A stretch of 64,000 nucleotides of DNA from Piromyces finnis finn (lineage: Eukaryota; Fungi; Neocallimastigomycota): contig MCFH01000088.1 of assembly GCA_002104945.1 (NCBI GenBank), forward strand, positions 63,660-127,659, written 5' to 3'. Within the stretch, counting starts at the first letter, position 1. Each line of letters begins with the position of its first letter. A program made the position numbers and the translations under genes. Shown piece by piece: positions 14,224-32,374 of this stretch. The notes beneath the pieces were generated by a model. That model searched no databases, was not told where the DNA came from, and saw nothing but the letters and a program-made list of their open reading frames with translations.

Positions 14224-16145
14224 TACATTTAAGATTGGTAATGAAGTTCCTCCAACTTCAGTGATTCCAAATCTATTCGAAGAATCTGAGAGAAAGTTTA
14301 TACCAGAATCATTGCCACCCTTAACCATGAATGAAAGAACCGGTCGTATTTTATTAAAAAAATATATATCTGAAATTTTTGCACATACTGGTTTTGACAG
14401 TAAACTATTATAAAAATATAATATTGTTGAATTATTATTATTATTAATGTTAGTTATGTTTATTCAAAAATATATTAATTTTTATTCTTGTATACTTTAA
14501 AAAATAATATTTTAATTAGTGACACAAAAAGAAGCTTTAGAAATAGCAATTGATGTTCTAATTCAATACATACACAATATAGGGCATTCATTAAAATTAT
14601 ATATAGATCAGTTTTCTAAAGATACAGACTTTTTGGTAGATATATTTTATTAAAATATTAGAAAAAAGGGGAAAAAAAATTAATATTTTTCTTTATTGTG
14701 TTAATATATTTATATTAGACTATTCTTGAAAAAGTTTTGGAAATTAATCAATGTAATCCAAAAAGTCTTTATTATCATATGAAAACTGGTATTCAAAAAT
14801 TCAGTGTAAAATTAGTTGATTTAAGAAAGAAGCTTGATTATACTTATAAAGACTTATGTTCCGTAAGTTTATATTTTTAAAAAAATTTAATATAAATTAT
14901 ATTGTAATCATTATAGTATATTGATAAATTTTAATTTATATAATTAAATTAACAGCAAAGAAACCAATCTATGTATGATGAAGATGGTTTTATGGATGAT
15001 GATGATGCATTTATTAGGTAAAATGAAATATTTAGTCTTTTAAAAAAACAATTATAATATCATTAGTATTTTATTAATTTTGAAGTTTATATAACCTTTC
15101 ATTATAAAATAAAAGTGGTAACTTTGGTGAAGATATTGGAATCGATTTCTTTGGTTTTAAGCAAATGGGAATTGATATTTCAAATGTAAGTATTTCGTTT
15201 TTAAAAAAATTTTAAATATGATAGAAACTAATATTTTTTAAATAATATAATAATTAGATACCTACTGAATTATGGAGAAAAAAAGCAGATCATCCAATTA
15301 GAAGTAGAATTAGACAAGCAAGGAGGTTTTTATTGAATAATATACATTTATAAATATTCTCTTATTATATAACTCATTAAAAAAATTTTTTTTTTTTTTA
15401 TTTTTACAAATAAAATTAATTTAAGATATAACTATGGTTTTTCTCAACCAAGTATTATAAGAACTCTATATATATATATAATGTTTATTATTGTTATTTT
15501 AGCCATATTTATTTATTGTCATTATAAATAAAAATTTTAGGCCAACCAAGTGTTACTACCTATCAAGCTGCACCAAAATTCAAACCGATTGTCGATGTTA
15601 ATACTCAAGTTATTGGGTTATTAAAACCATACTATGAGAAGAAAATTATTGAAAATGATATGGTTGAGGTATAATTAAATATATTATGTTATAATTAAAT
15701 CCTAATTATGTTAATAAGCTAATAAATTATATATAATTTAAAGGATGAAAACAAACCTTCTAGATTACGTTCAAAAATAATGAGAAATAAAGCTGCTCTT
15801 AAAAAGAAAAGAGATGAAGAAGATAATCGTAGACATAAAGAAAAGGAGCAAATTAAAAAGGAATTAAAAATAACAGAAAATAAAGAAGAAAAGGGTAAAA
15901 ATAAAAATGAATCCCATGAATCTATTGTTAAAAAAGAAGTTAAAATACCTTCTGGAACTACTACTGTCAATTCAATACCAAAACCGGAAACACCATTATC
16001 AACAACTGATAAAATCTCTGAAAAGATAAATCCTGAAACACCATCATCTACTGATAAGAATGAACAAAATGATAATAAGAGAAAAAGATATGAAAATATA
16101 GAAACTGACTCTACACCAAAAAAAATCAAAATTGAACCTAAATAA
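10866..16145 (+). CDS. SPT7: SAGA complex subunit Spt7-like protein (acidic region, bromodomain, histone-fold region), multi-exon
   Basis: Bromodomain exons read [20 protein letters not shown] / [14 protein letters not shown]...[14 protein letters not shown] histone-fold-like segment reads [18 protein letters not shown]...[26 protein letters not shown]. The tail is K/E-rich. The start ATG at 10866 ([20 protein letters not shown]) is my best reading. Confidence 0.8.
14127..14221. repeat. (ATTT)n microsatellite in an SPT7 intron
   Basis: Visible tandem array. It explains the spurious FIYL-repeat start of ORF 14102..14413. Confidence 0.95.
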
Positions 16146-16951
16146 AATATTTTCATTAGAAGAAGACAAATTATTTTTCATAGATTTTTTATTTTAGGAA
16201 ATTTAAAAAAAAAAAAAGTTTTATATTTTTTTATTTAATACACGAAATTAATGTAATATATAAATCCATTAAATATGATATATCTGTTATAGAACAAAAT
16301 ATTTTAATGTCAATTATATATATTTTATATTAAAATTATAAATAAAATTAAAATTATATAAAAACAATATGGATTAGGGTATATAAATTCATTTTAGTCA
16401 TTTTTTTTATTATTAAAAAGTTATTAATAATCTTAATAATTATTATAGATGAATGATCTTTATAATTCTAGTATTATAATTAGATAATTATTTATTGAAT
16501 AAGTCACATTGGTATAAGCAAGCAAGAGAAATTTGTATTATCGAAAAAGTATTTTGTTTTTTAATAAAAACAATATAAGATGAGAGATAAATGATGAGAT
16601 TGAAATATAATAAATATAATTTACAATAAAAATTTATTTCACTTAAAATTTTATTCATAAACTAAACCTTACCAAAAATAAAGTCACATGCTTTTATTTA
16701 TATTATATATAAAAAAAATAAATTTTTATTTTGTGCAACCAAATTTTATTTTAATTCGGAGATTAAATTCTTGCTTGTTATAATTATTATTAAAGTATAA
16801 TTAATAATAAGTATTTCAATTTATATTTTTAGTTGTTGTGACATTTTAAGATATAATAACAATTTATTGATATTTCATTAACACTGAATATTATCATTAA
16901 ATAAATTAATTTATATATCAAAAAATTAAAAAGAATATATATTAAATAAAG

Positions 16952-18432
16952 ATGTCTGATACTGAATCTAACGAAGAAGAATTCAAGGAAACCATTGGTG
17001 TATGTTTAAAAAAAAAAAAAACTTCTTAAATATAAATGTTTGCAAGATATTTTAAATTAAAATGCCAATTATTAACATATAGTAATTATATTTTTTTAAA
17101 ATAATTCATTTGATAAAGACATATGAAGGTGAAAGAAACGATGCTAAAGAAAGACATGGAAAAGGAAAAATGTTATTTAAAAACAATGAACTTGTAATTA
17201 TTCTTTTAACAATATTACTATAAAGATTGCAGTAGATTTATATATATAATGGAATGTAAATGAAAAAATATTAAAAAGAATTATATATAATTACTATTAT
17301 TATTTTCATTACTTTTTTATTCTATCCTTGTAATCAAATAAATAGTATACTGGAATGTATCAAAATGGAAAAAGGTAAGTTTATTTATATATATTATGAA
17401 GTATGTATATTCTCATTTATAATTATTAATTATAATTATTATTTTTTATATTATTTCAATTTTTTTTATAATTCATTGTGTTATGATAATATTTAGAGAA
17501 GGATACGGAGTATATAAATTTAAAAATGGGGCAAAATATTCAGGAAATTATGTTAATAACTTAAGAGAAGGTGAAGGAACATTTTTATATCCAGATGGTT
17601 CAAAATACCAAGGTATGTTTATACAAGATTAAAGATAATACCTTAATATACATTATTATTAAATATTAAAAATAGTTAATTTGTAATATCAAAAATAAAT
17701 TATTATAAGATAAATTTAATAAAAGAATTTTTATTAAAATATATAATTAAAAAAAAAATAGGAACATTTAAAGAAGGAAAGAGAAGTGGTTTTGGAAGAT
17801 ATATTTATACTAATGGTGATTATGTATGATACAATGTATATTAATATTTTTTATATTAGTATTTTTAAAAGTTAATAATATATATATATAATATTTTTAT
17901 AATGTTGAACTTAAAAATTAAAGTATGAAGGAGAATGGAATGAAGATATGAAAAATGGAAAAGGAACATACACTTTCCTTGCAACAGGAAGCAAAGTAAA
18001 AAGAAAAAAAAAATATATACATTGATTTTAATATATTATTAGTATTTAATAAAATAGCATACTTAAAGTATAACTATTAATGAAAATATTTCTTGAAAAT
18101 TTTTATATAAATATATTCGAATTTATAGAAAAATGGTATATGGAAAAATGGTGTATTGACAGATGAAGGTAATATTTATTTTAAATTACGAAATTATTAT
18201 TATCCTAAATTAATAATAATGGTTAATTTCGAAACTAAAATAAACCCATTTGACTATCATTACAGGCCAAATTATACATGCAGACCAAAGAATTATTGGA
18301 AAATTCGTAAATAATGATTATATGAATGTACCAGCAAAAATACAATATAGAAGCACATTATATCAAATAGAAATCAATAATCCAAATTTATTAGGACAAA
18401 ATCCACTAGAAAATGCAACAGAAGAAGATTAA
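16952..18432 (+). CDS. RSPH1: MORN-repeat radial spoke head protein 1 homolog (flagellar), multi-exon
   Basis: The spliced translation [10 protein letters not shown]...[16 protein letters not shown]...[17 protein letters not shown]...[15 protein letters not shown]...[13 protein letters not shown] follows the RSPH1 MORN array order. Confidence 0.8.
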
Positions 18433-18938
18433 TTTATTAATTAATAAAACATTTATGATAAATAATAATAAAAAAAGTAGTTGAATTTTAAAAAAAAAAA
18501 ATAATAGTAATAATTACAAAAAATAGATAATATCTATTTCTATATTTCAATAGAAAAATATATATATATATCTTTTACATTTCAGTTATATAATATTAAA
18601 TGTATTTTTTTAAAAAAAAAATTAAATAAAAATATTTTTTTATAATCTGTTAAAAATTCTTGAAATTTTAATTTTTAAATTAAAATTATTGGATAATAAT
18701 ATATAGTAAATATATTAGCAATATATTAAAATTAATAATTTAGTTTATTGGTAATAATCAGAAATTTTAATTTTTTTTTTTTTTTGTAAATTTAAAAGTT
18801 TATTATTAAGAAAGAAGTAATAGAAGATATAATATTATCATTAATAGAAATAAAAAAGAATCAAAGAGTTTATATTTATATATACTTATATCATTATTAT
18901 TATTAAACTATATTATTTTATAACCGAAGAAATACAAA

Positions 18939-21390
18939 ATGGAATTAGATACAGAGAATCAAAAAGAAATTATTGAGAGCAATATCAAGAATCATAAAAA
19001 AGAGAATAAAGAAAAGAAACATAAAAAAAAAGAAAAGCATTTAAATGAAAATAAGGACAAAAAAGACAAAACCAAAAAAGAAAAGAAAAAAGAAAAAAGA
19101 AAAGAAAAGGAAAATAGAAAAAGAGAAGAAGAAAAATTAAATGTAGCAGAAGAAAATAATAATAATAAAAAGCGTAAATTAGAAAGTAATGATGATGATA
19201 AAAGTCATAAAAAGCATAAAAGTAAAAAAGATAAGCATAAGAAAAAAGATAAAAAAAAGAGTGACAAAAAAGAAAAGCATAAATTAAATCTTTTATCACC
19301 TGAAATTCAAAATTCTGAAATTAAAGAAAATGTTGTTTCAAATAATAATGTGAAAGAAAAACAAAATACAAGTATACCCAATGATATAACATCTTCTAAG
19401 AGGTACATTAAACCTAATATAAAAATTAATTTTCTAATATGAGAATTTTCATAATTATATAATTTTATTTATACTGATTTTAATTCAAATTCAATAAATT
19501 CGAACAATTTATTTATATTTATTGTAATATAAATCTAGTTCTGAAAAATTAAGAGATAATACAGTCAATTCAATTTCAAACATCACAATAGATAATTCTA
19601 AAAAAGCAAATGATAACGTTGAAAATAAAAGTGCAGAAAAAGAAAGTAATGGTTTATTTTTATTAAATTTTATAAAAAATGTTAATAGTTTTATTTATTT
19701 TATAATACTAATCTTAAATAATTAATTAAAAAAATAAAAATATTGCTAATAAAAGATTTAAATCCAGAGCTCAATATTAATATAAATGGAAATAATAATA
19801 ATAACAATAATAATAATGGGGTAAATATTTACTTGTCAGTCCATTATTCATTTGTTTATTAAAAGTATCTAATTCTAATATTTTGTTATATTTTAAACTA
19901 AATAAAAATAATTTAGGAAAAAAGTACAGTAAGAAGACAAGATATTCATTACAAACGTGATGAAGTTGCTGAAAAAAAACTTAAAACTATACATGAAAAT
20001 GCACCATCAGAATTAACTTCTAAATGGAGAAAATATGAAAATCTTAAAAATACCGGATTATCGATTGTAATGAAAAAAGGTCCATTCTCTAATGAAGAAA
20101 AAGATATCTTAAAAAAAGCTGTTGAAAGTTACTTGGAAATGCATAATATTGATAAAAGTTTGGTTTTATGTTTAATCTTTAAGAGACAATATAAAGATAA
20201 TAATATTTTAGATATGAAGAAGCATAAAGATTTTTGGAAATATGTTTCACAATCTCTTCCTAATCGTTCTACAGAAGCATCCTATAAATGTGTTACCCGA
20301 ATGTATCATCCTGATAACTTTAATGGAAAATTTACAGAAAAAGATGATCAAGAAATCTTAAGATTATATAGTATTTATGGACCTTCATGGAAAAAAATTG
20401 GAGAAATGATTGGTAGAATGGGAACCGCTGTAAAAGATCGTTATAATTCAATACAAACAAAGTCATTTACAGGTAAATTATTTAGAAATTTAAATAGAAA
20501 ATAATAAATTATATTTAAAAAAAAATAATTATTCATTCATATAATATAAACATATATATTGATATTTATTTACAATAGGCTATGGTAATTGGACAAAAGA
20601 AGAAGACAAATTATTTAAAGAAATCGTTAATGATTTACATTCAAAAAATAAATTTGTTGATGGTATGCCTTTATTTACAGAGGTTTCTAAAAGAATGAAA
20701 ACTCGTTCTCCAAAGCAATGTTATGACCATTGGTAAGTTATATATAAGATTTTGTTGTAAAAATTAAAATATATTAATATAATAATACAATAACACAATA
20801 CTAGGGCATTTACAAGAAAAGATTTTGTTGAAGGAATAAAGTACCCATTGACTATGATCGATCGTCGAAACTATTTAGAAAAGTATGATAATATATATAT
20901 ATATATATAACTATAGTTATAAAATTTTATTAATCTATATATTTATAATTAATGATAAAGATTATCAAAACTTTTTGTTCAAGACGAAACCAATGTTGAT
21001 TGGAAATTAGTTTCGGATTCAAGTAAACCATGGTAATTAATAATAATAATAGTAATAATAATGCAATAATAAAATGATGTGATGAATAAAAATTATTAAT
21101 AAAATGCCAAATTTATAATTGATGAAACAGGAAACCATTTATTTATTCAAGAGATTTTGCAAAGAGTAAAAGTAAATATATAGAAAATACAGAAAATATG
21201 ACATTCACAGGTAAGTCCCTAAATATAAAAAGTATAATTATTTAATACATTAATAATTCTAAAATCATAATATAAAAAAAAATTACATCTTTCTATAGAA
21301 TGCATCAAAAAAATGTTAAATGCTGTTAATGAAGAAATTTCAAATGACAGTAATTATGCTATAGTAGAAGAAAGGGATATTGAAGAGTAA
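18939..21390 (+). CDS. Myb/SANT-repeat DNA-binding protein, Reb1/Nsi1/TTF1/DMTF1-like, with a K/E/H-rich N-terminus
   Basis: KKGPFSNEEKDIL...KDFWKYVSQSLPNRS...GKFTEKDDQEILRLYSIYGPSWKKIGEMIGRMGTAVKDRY and GNWTKEEDKLF...RSPKQCYDHW are tandem Myb repeats of the Reb1/TTF1 type. Stop TAA at 21388-21390. Confidence 0.75.
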
Positions 21391-21866
21391 ATAATAAGGA
21401 ATACAACTATTTAATTCGACATTGTATATCATAAATAGACATTAATAATAGATTCAACTTTTTAAATATATAATTTTTCTAATGAATATGAATATATATA
21501 TTATTTAAAATATATTTATGAAATAAAACTAATTTAAAAATATATTCAAACTTTTAAATATATATATTTCATACTATTAAATCCTTAATAGATAAATAAA
21601 ATATTAGTAATAAAAATAACAATAATAATAATAAAATATGTTTATTTTATTTCTTATTTATATTGATTTTCGTTATTTTTATATTTATTTATTTTTTATT
21701 TTATTATTATTATAAATTTTTACATTATTTGTTTTTTATTGTCTTTTTTTTATATATAATGTATTATATTTGTTTATGATTTTTCTTTCATTATAATTGA
21801 TTTGTGTTTTGTTTTTTATAATTGATTTTTTTTTTTACAATAATTGGTTAATTATTAACACTTTAT

Positions 21867-23861
21867 TTAACCAGCATGTTCAACTGGCTTAGTAACTAAT
21901 TCACCATCAATAAGCTTAGTCTTGAATTGTTCTGGAATTGGAATTTCAGTCCAATCATCATCCTTTTCAAACATAACATTCATTTCAGAACTCTTACTGC
22001 TGAAGATTTCGACAACTTCACCACATTCTTTACTTAAATATAATTGACAACCATCAGTCTTGTCAACACTAACAGTTGGAGCTTTTTCTCTGATTTGAAG
22101 TTGAACAGACTTAGCATTGACAATATCAACAGCAGAAACAACAGAATCAATAACAATACCGGTCTTCTTACAGTTATCAATAGTAATGGCATTAACCTTA
22201 CCCTTAATTTGAATTGTGGAATCAACACAGTTGTAAATATATACTAAATGTCTAATTTCAGTGTTTTCAATAATAATATTCTTGTTTCCAACAAAGTTTT
22301 CCTATAATACAATATTATAATCCAATAAATTATATAATTATTAATATTTATTATAATTAAAAATAATATATGCCTATATTTAAAAACTCACAATTGACCA
22401 TTTATTTCCTTCGAGAACTTGTCTAGATGGCTTAGAAGAAACTTCAGCAACTTTAGTTGATTCAGCAGAAGCCTTAACAATATTAGAAACTGGCTTTTGC
22501 TTTCTTTCGGATGGGTCAACCTTTCTTAAACCAGAAGTAACACCTTCACCACGGTTTAATTCAGCAAATAATTTACTAGCATCTGGCTTAGCAGCTGGGG
22601 CAGCGGCTGGAGCTGGAGCTGGGGCAGCAGCTGGAGTAGCAGCTAATGTTATTTATATAAATAAAAATAAAAATTTAATATTTAATATATTGATAACATA
22701 AATTACATAATATTTAAATATGGAATATATGTACTCTTAGCATCAGCAACATTTCCACCCTATTATTTTCCGATTATTGAATTAAATTGATAATATATTT
22801 GGAGAAAATATATATTAATATTTATTTAAAAATATAAAATAATATAACCTTTATTAAAAAAGAAAAAAAAAATTGTTTTTACCTTTGGATTCCAAGCAAG
22901 ACCAGTAGTATGGTGCTTCTTAACGTAATCCTTTAATTCATTTAAGATTTGAGTGTAAGCAGCTGTCCATTCAACGTGAATCTTTTCCCTATTTAGAAAT
23001 AATTATTTTTGAAAAATAATAAATATTACTTTCTTTTATATCACTAAATAAAAGTATGTTTCTTTTTTTTATATCCTATTACTTTTCTTTAAATTCCTTC
23101 ATAACACGAATAATATAATATTGAGCTGCATTAATATTTTCTTCTAAGTAAGAAGTTGGAGATGGTTCCTTTTTTACATATGATAATATTTAATTTATTT
23201 TTTTTTTTTTAAATAAAAAAAATAATTAATTTTATTTTTTTCACTATTCATATCTTTAATATATATATTAATACTTACAACCATAACCCATCCAAGAGCT
23301 AAAATACTTTCACTAAGAGTAGATAAATGGTTGTATAATTTAGATTGTCTGTTTTGTTCACGAACATTACAAACTTGGTTCATAGAAAGCTTAATTGGGT
23401 TAATTAATTCAGTGAATGTTTCTTGGTCTGGCTTCTTTGATTTAGAAGCAGTAACAATAAGTTGGCGTTGAGCCTTTAAAGCTTGAATAAAGAATTCGCA
23501 CTAAATAGTCATTCATATAAAGTTTTCCAACGAATTTATTAATAAATACCAATATAAAATAAATATTTTAATATTATAAATAACAATTAACAAATTATAT
23601 ATAAATGAATTTATAATATATTCTTACTTGCTCTTTAACTGGACTACCAATATTATTAGAGAGTTCAATAAACTTTTGAACACTACCGTTCATAATATCG
23701 TCAAAAGCTTGAACAGCTGGAGTATTGTCTGAAGCAGCAGTAGCACTGTCAGAAGCAGCAGAACCGCTTTGACCAAAATTAGTATTCTTAGCAAGTTCTT
23801 CTAAACGAATAGTAGCAGTTTCTAAACGTTTAATAATGTTATCAAGATTTGATTCAGCCAT
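21867..23861 (-). CDS. SRV2: Adenylyl cyclase-associated protein (CAP/Srv2), multi-exon
   Basis: It has the N-terminal IIKRLETATIRLE motif, a WH2-like LNRGEGVTSGLRKVD segment and a C-terminal beta-helix ending ELPIPEQFKTKLIDGELVTKPVEHAG*. Confidence 0.95.
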
Positions 23862-23928
23862 TTCAAATTATATTCTATTATTTATAAAATATTATCAATA
23901 TTAATATAATATAAATTATTAGAAATCA

Positions 23929-24024
<96 letters not shown>
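23929..24024. repeat. (ATT)n microsatellite just upstream of the CAP start
   Basis: Directly visible, about 30 units. Confidence 0.95.
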
Positions 24025-25205
24025 CGTTGTTGTTAAAAATTTATATAAGTTTTATTCAATATAATCTTCTCTTATTATTTTTAACTCTAACAAATGATCA
24101 TTTATATTGTAAATCCTATTCTTTAATAAATATTTTTTTGTATTTTCCATCTTAATATATCACAATTACATATAATGTTTTTTATTTGTTTTTCATTTTT
24201 GTTTAAAAAAAAAAAAAAAAAAAAAAATGTATAATGTATATAATGTATATATATCTATATGAAATATATGAATTAATAAAAAACTATAATGTTTGTTTTT
24301 TTTATTTATTATTATCATTTGTTTTTTTCTTCATTATTGTTGTTTTGTTTTTGTTTTTGTTTTTGTTTTTGTTTTTGTTTTTGTTTTTGTTTTTGTTTTT
24401 GTTTTTTTGTTCGTTTGTTTGTTTGTTTGTCTGTTTTTTGTTTTTGTTTTTTTATTTTTTAAATTGTTTATTTTATAAATATAATAAAATCTTTTACTTT
24501 ATAAATTTATGATTTATACAAATATATTTCTATTAAAGTTAAATATATTGTTATTATTACTACTATTGTTATTTTTTTTAAATGATAATGAAATAAGAAT
24601 ATAATTGTTTTATATATAAATTACAAATTATTTTTATTCTTATAATCAATTACCTATATTTTTTTCTTATTTAAAAAATATATTTTTAAAAGAAAATTAC
24701 TATAATAATTTTTTTTTTTTTTTGAAATTATAAATAACTATTCAAATATAAAATAAATTATAATATATTAAAATTATAAAAACTTTAAAAATAAATAATG
24801 CATAAGCAAAATTATTCCTTTTAAATAATATTTGATATTCAAAATAATAGTGTAGTTTTTATATATCAAATATAGTAATAAATGAATAGGTTAAAATTAT
24901 TTATACTTTTTCACTTTTTATATTATTATTACTATTATTGTAGTAAATATTATAGCAAAGTCTTTTATTATTATTAATTATTATTTATTATTACATTTAT
25001 TGATTATGTTTATTTTTATTATTTGTTATTTCCATTTTTCTATTATTAAATTAATCATAAGATGTATTATCCATAAATGTAAATAAATGTATTTATAATA
25101 TTTATAATATATATTACATAAACAAAGTAAAATTCTTACTTTTTAATATAAATAAAAAAAAAATTTTTTTTTATATTTAATCAAAGAAAAGGTAGTAAAT
25201 CTGTT

Positions 25206-25236
<31 letters not shown>

Positions 25237-26527
25237 ACCAAGAAAGGATTTATAGGAAACATGATAAAAGATATTGTCAATAATGATTCATACAAAAACT
25301 ATTCATAGATAATTATAAAATAATTTCATATAATAGAAATATTTCTTATATATATGAAATTAGTAAAACTTTAACAAAACTTTATGCGTACTATAAATAA
25401 AGTAGTATAATAAAACACAAAATAAATAAATTAGAAAAAAAAAAAAAAAAAAAGACAATCATGTTTTTGTTTATTTTTTTATTTTTTTTTTTTGTTTTTT
25501 TGTTTTTTGTTTTTTGTTTTCTTTAAACTTGTAGTTTCATTGACAAGTATTTAAAATTAAAATAAACATTATAAATACGATACTATTAATATAAATGTTA
25601 GTGTATTGCTACATGTATTTTTAATTGTTAATAGTATTAATACTTAAAAAAAAATTAAATATTTTCTAAAATATATATATATATAAAAGAGAAAAAAAAA
25701 TACTGTTTTTAATTTATATATTGATTATAATATGAAATAATAGGTATAATAATTAATGTTATATACATAGATATGGCTTTAATTAGTAAATAAATAATTA
25801 ATACTCTCTTTTTCATTATTTTTCCTTTTAAATTCAATCATTAAAATTTTAATATACTTAATTACAAATATATATATATATATATATATATGATAATTAA
25901 AACATTAAATCTAATATTTTCTATATAAATAAATTATATAAAAATAGGAAGAAATTATAACGTAAAATAAAAATTGAAATATTTTTAAATATAAAAAAAA
26001 AAAAGTATAATTGAATTAAATCAAAAATAGAGTTTTTTTGTCTATATAGATAATGTGAAATGTGATATATTTAATAATACTTATATTTAAATAAAATAAA
26101 TGTTTTTTTTTTTTTTTTTTTAATAAAATATTCATAAGAATTTACCTTTTATATAAATATTTATATATATTAAGATTGATATATCTTTTACTATTATTAT
26201 ATTAAAGTATTTATATTAATATTAAGCTTACTAAAATATTGTAATCTTCATTAATCTTGGTTAATAATAAATGTAGTGATAATATTTTAAAATGTAATTT
26301 AATGAATTGTAGGAATAAAAAATAATGAATTAATAATAATGTATAATAAAAATAAATAATAAAAATATATAATTAAAAAAGGATTAGTATATTAATTTAA
26401 AGACTTGAATCCTTATTCATTACTTCTTTTTATTTTTTACTTTTATTAAAACTCTTTTATATTATCATTATAATAAAACATTGATCATATCACTGTATTA
26501 AATTATAGTGTAATATTGTTGATAAAT

Positions 26528-30155
<3,628 letters not shown>

Positions 30156-31301
30156 TTTCCTTTTTTTTTTTTTTTTTTGAAATTAAAAATTAATCAATTT
30201 AACATAAAAAAATCCACTTAAATGCTTAAATGTTTATTCTTTGTAATATATATACAATTTGCTTATTGATATTGAGGAATGAGGAATTAATAATAAATAA
30301 ATAAAAATAAGATTTGAATTTGAAATTTTTTTTAAAAAAAAAAATGTTTAAATCTTTTATATATTAATGTGAATATGTGTTAACACTGTAAATGCGATTA
30401 TTAATTAGGTTAAATTGGAATATAATAAATAAAATTAAAATATATAGTGAAAAATGTTTTAAAAATTTATATAAAAATCCCTTTTATATGAAAAACTAAT
30501 TTGAAATCTACTAATAATAATAAAACAAAAAATCTATTAAAAAAATAAATATTTATGAATAATTTTTATTAAAATAATTTTTGATAAATCTACAGAAAAT
30601 TTTTTTTTTTTAGAAAATAATTAATATATTTAAGATAAAAAAAATATATTTAAATATTTATATCATTCCAATATAATATTAATATTTATAAAAAAAAAAA
30701 AAAGTAAAAAAATATATATATTATTTAATCACCTTCTTATAAAACATAATAATAATAAAAATTTATACACACAAAGACAATAATAGTATTGACAACATAA
30801 TATCACAAATAATTAATCAACTCTTATTATTCTCTTTTACTATTAAAGTCAATTAATTCAAGTTATTATTTCATATAAAAATGAAAATTTAATAACATTA
30901 AATTATTTTTTTTTTAATTAATAATTAATTTATATAAATTTTAAGATTTGTATATTTTAAAAAATATATTATAAATATTGATATTGATATCGTTGTTGTT
31001 GATGTATTATTATTTTTATTTTTATTTCTTTGGAGAGAAAACTTTATAAATTTCTTTTTACTATACATAATACATTTTATATTACTTAAATAATATTTTT
31101 GAATAAGTGAAAACAACTAAATAATTTAAATCCTTTTTATTATTAATATTAAAGTATAATAAACCTTTTTTAATAAATGAATATTTATTAATAATTAATT
31201 TTGATAGTCTTAAATTAATTTTTTTTTTATTTAATTTGAAATTTATTATAATTTCTTCTTCTTCATTTACTGATAAGAAATGAAAAATATAAAAAAATAA
31301 T

Positions 31302-31336
<35 letters not shown>

Positions 31337-31573
31337 GTTTTTATTATAAAATGACCGTTCATTTATTTAATATTAATATATTTTTATCAAATTAATAAAT
31401 TAATATTTAAATAATAAACATACATAAATTATTTTTCGTTTTTTTGCCTTTTTTTTTTTTTTTTTTTGGTAATGATCATTAGGCAAGAATATCTGAATTT
31501 CAAATGAAAAAGCTCTATTTTTTTTTTTTTTTTAGAAAAAATTATTAAATAATCTTTTAATTACTATAGTCAT

Positions 31574-31604
<31 letters not shown>

Positions 31605-32374
31605 GGTATAATAAAAATAATTTATACAAATCAAACTTGAAAAAGAAAAAAGAAAAAAAAAACATTAGGATTAATTTTTTTATATATATTTTTTATTATT
31701 TTTTATTTAAATATTATCTTAAGTGCAATTTAGATTATTTTTTATAATATTTGAATGCTTGTTAATATATATATTAAATAATATATATATAAGTAAGTAA
31801 TCATTTCTTTCTACATTTTTATAATAAATTATTATTAAATTTAAATAAGAGATTTTATATGTATATATTTGAATTTTTTTATGTTTTAAAAAATAATATT
31901 TGCAATTATAATTAATGTTGTTGTTGTTGTTTTTGTTGTTTTTTTTTTTTTTGTTGTTTTTTTTTTTTATTATTTTTTTTTATGTTTTTTTTTTTATGCT
32001 TAATGTATTTAAATTGGTGTTGGTGTTGATTTTGTGCAATTGGAATTTCATTCCTATTAAATGAATAAAATAATGAAATCGTATTTTATTGATTATACTG
32101 TTTAAAATAAAAAATACTTATATCAATAATTTTCATTGGAATATTAATTTTCATTCTCTTTTTTTTTTTTTTTTTTTATTACTAGCATAATTAGTATTAT
32201 AATATTAACTATTAGGTTATTTGTTCTTGTTTATTAATTAAATAAGTAATGAAGAAAATGTGGTAATATAAATATTTCAAGGTTTATAATAAAAAAAATT
32301 AAAATTAAAAAAATTCAGAAATCTTAATAGTCCAAAAAGTAGTATTCCAGTATTTATTATTTTTTTTCTTTAAA

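Noticed and set aside
15719-19299. Antisense ORFs 15719..16156 and 18985..19299
   Set aside because: They are shadows of the K/E-rich coding exons of SPT7 and the Myb gene.
24234-24512. Hydrophobic FLFL/FVFV ORFs
   Set aside because: They are translations of a (GTTTTT)n microsatellite and T-rich sequence.
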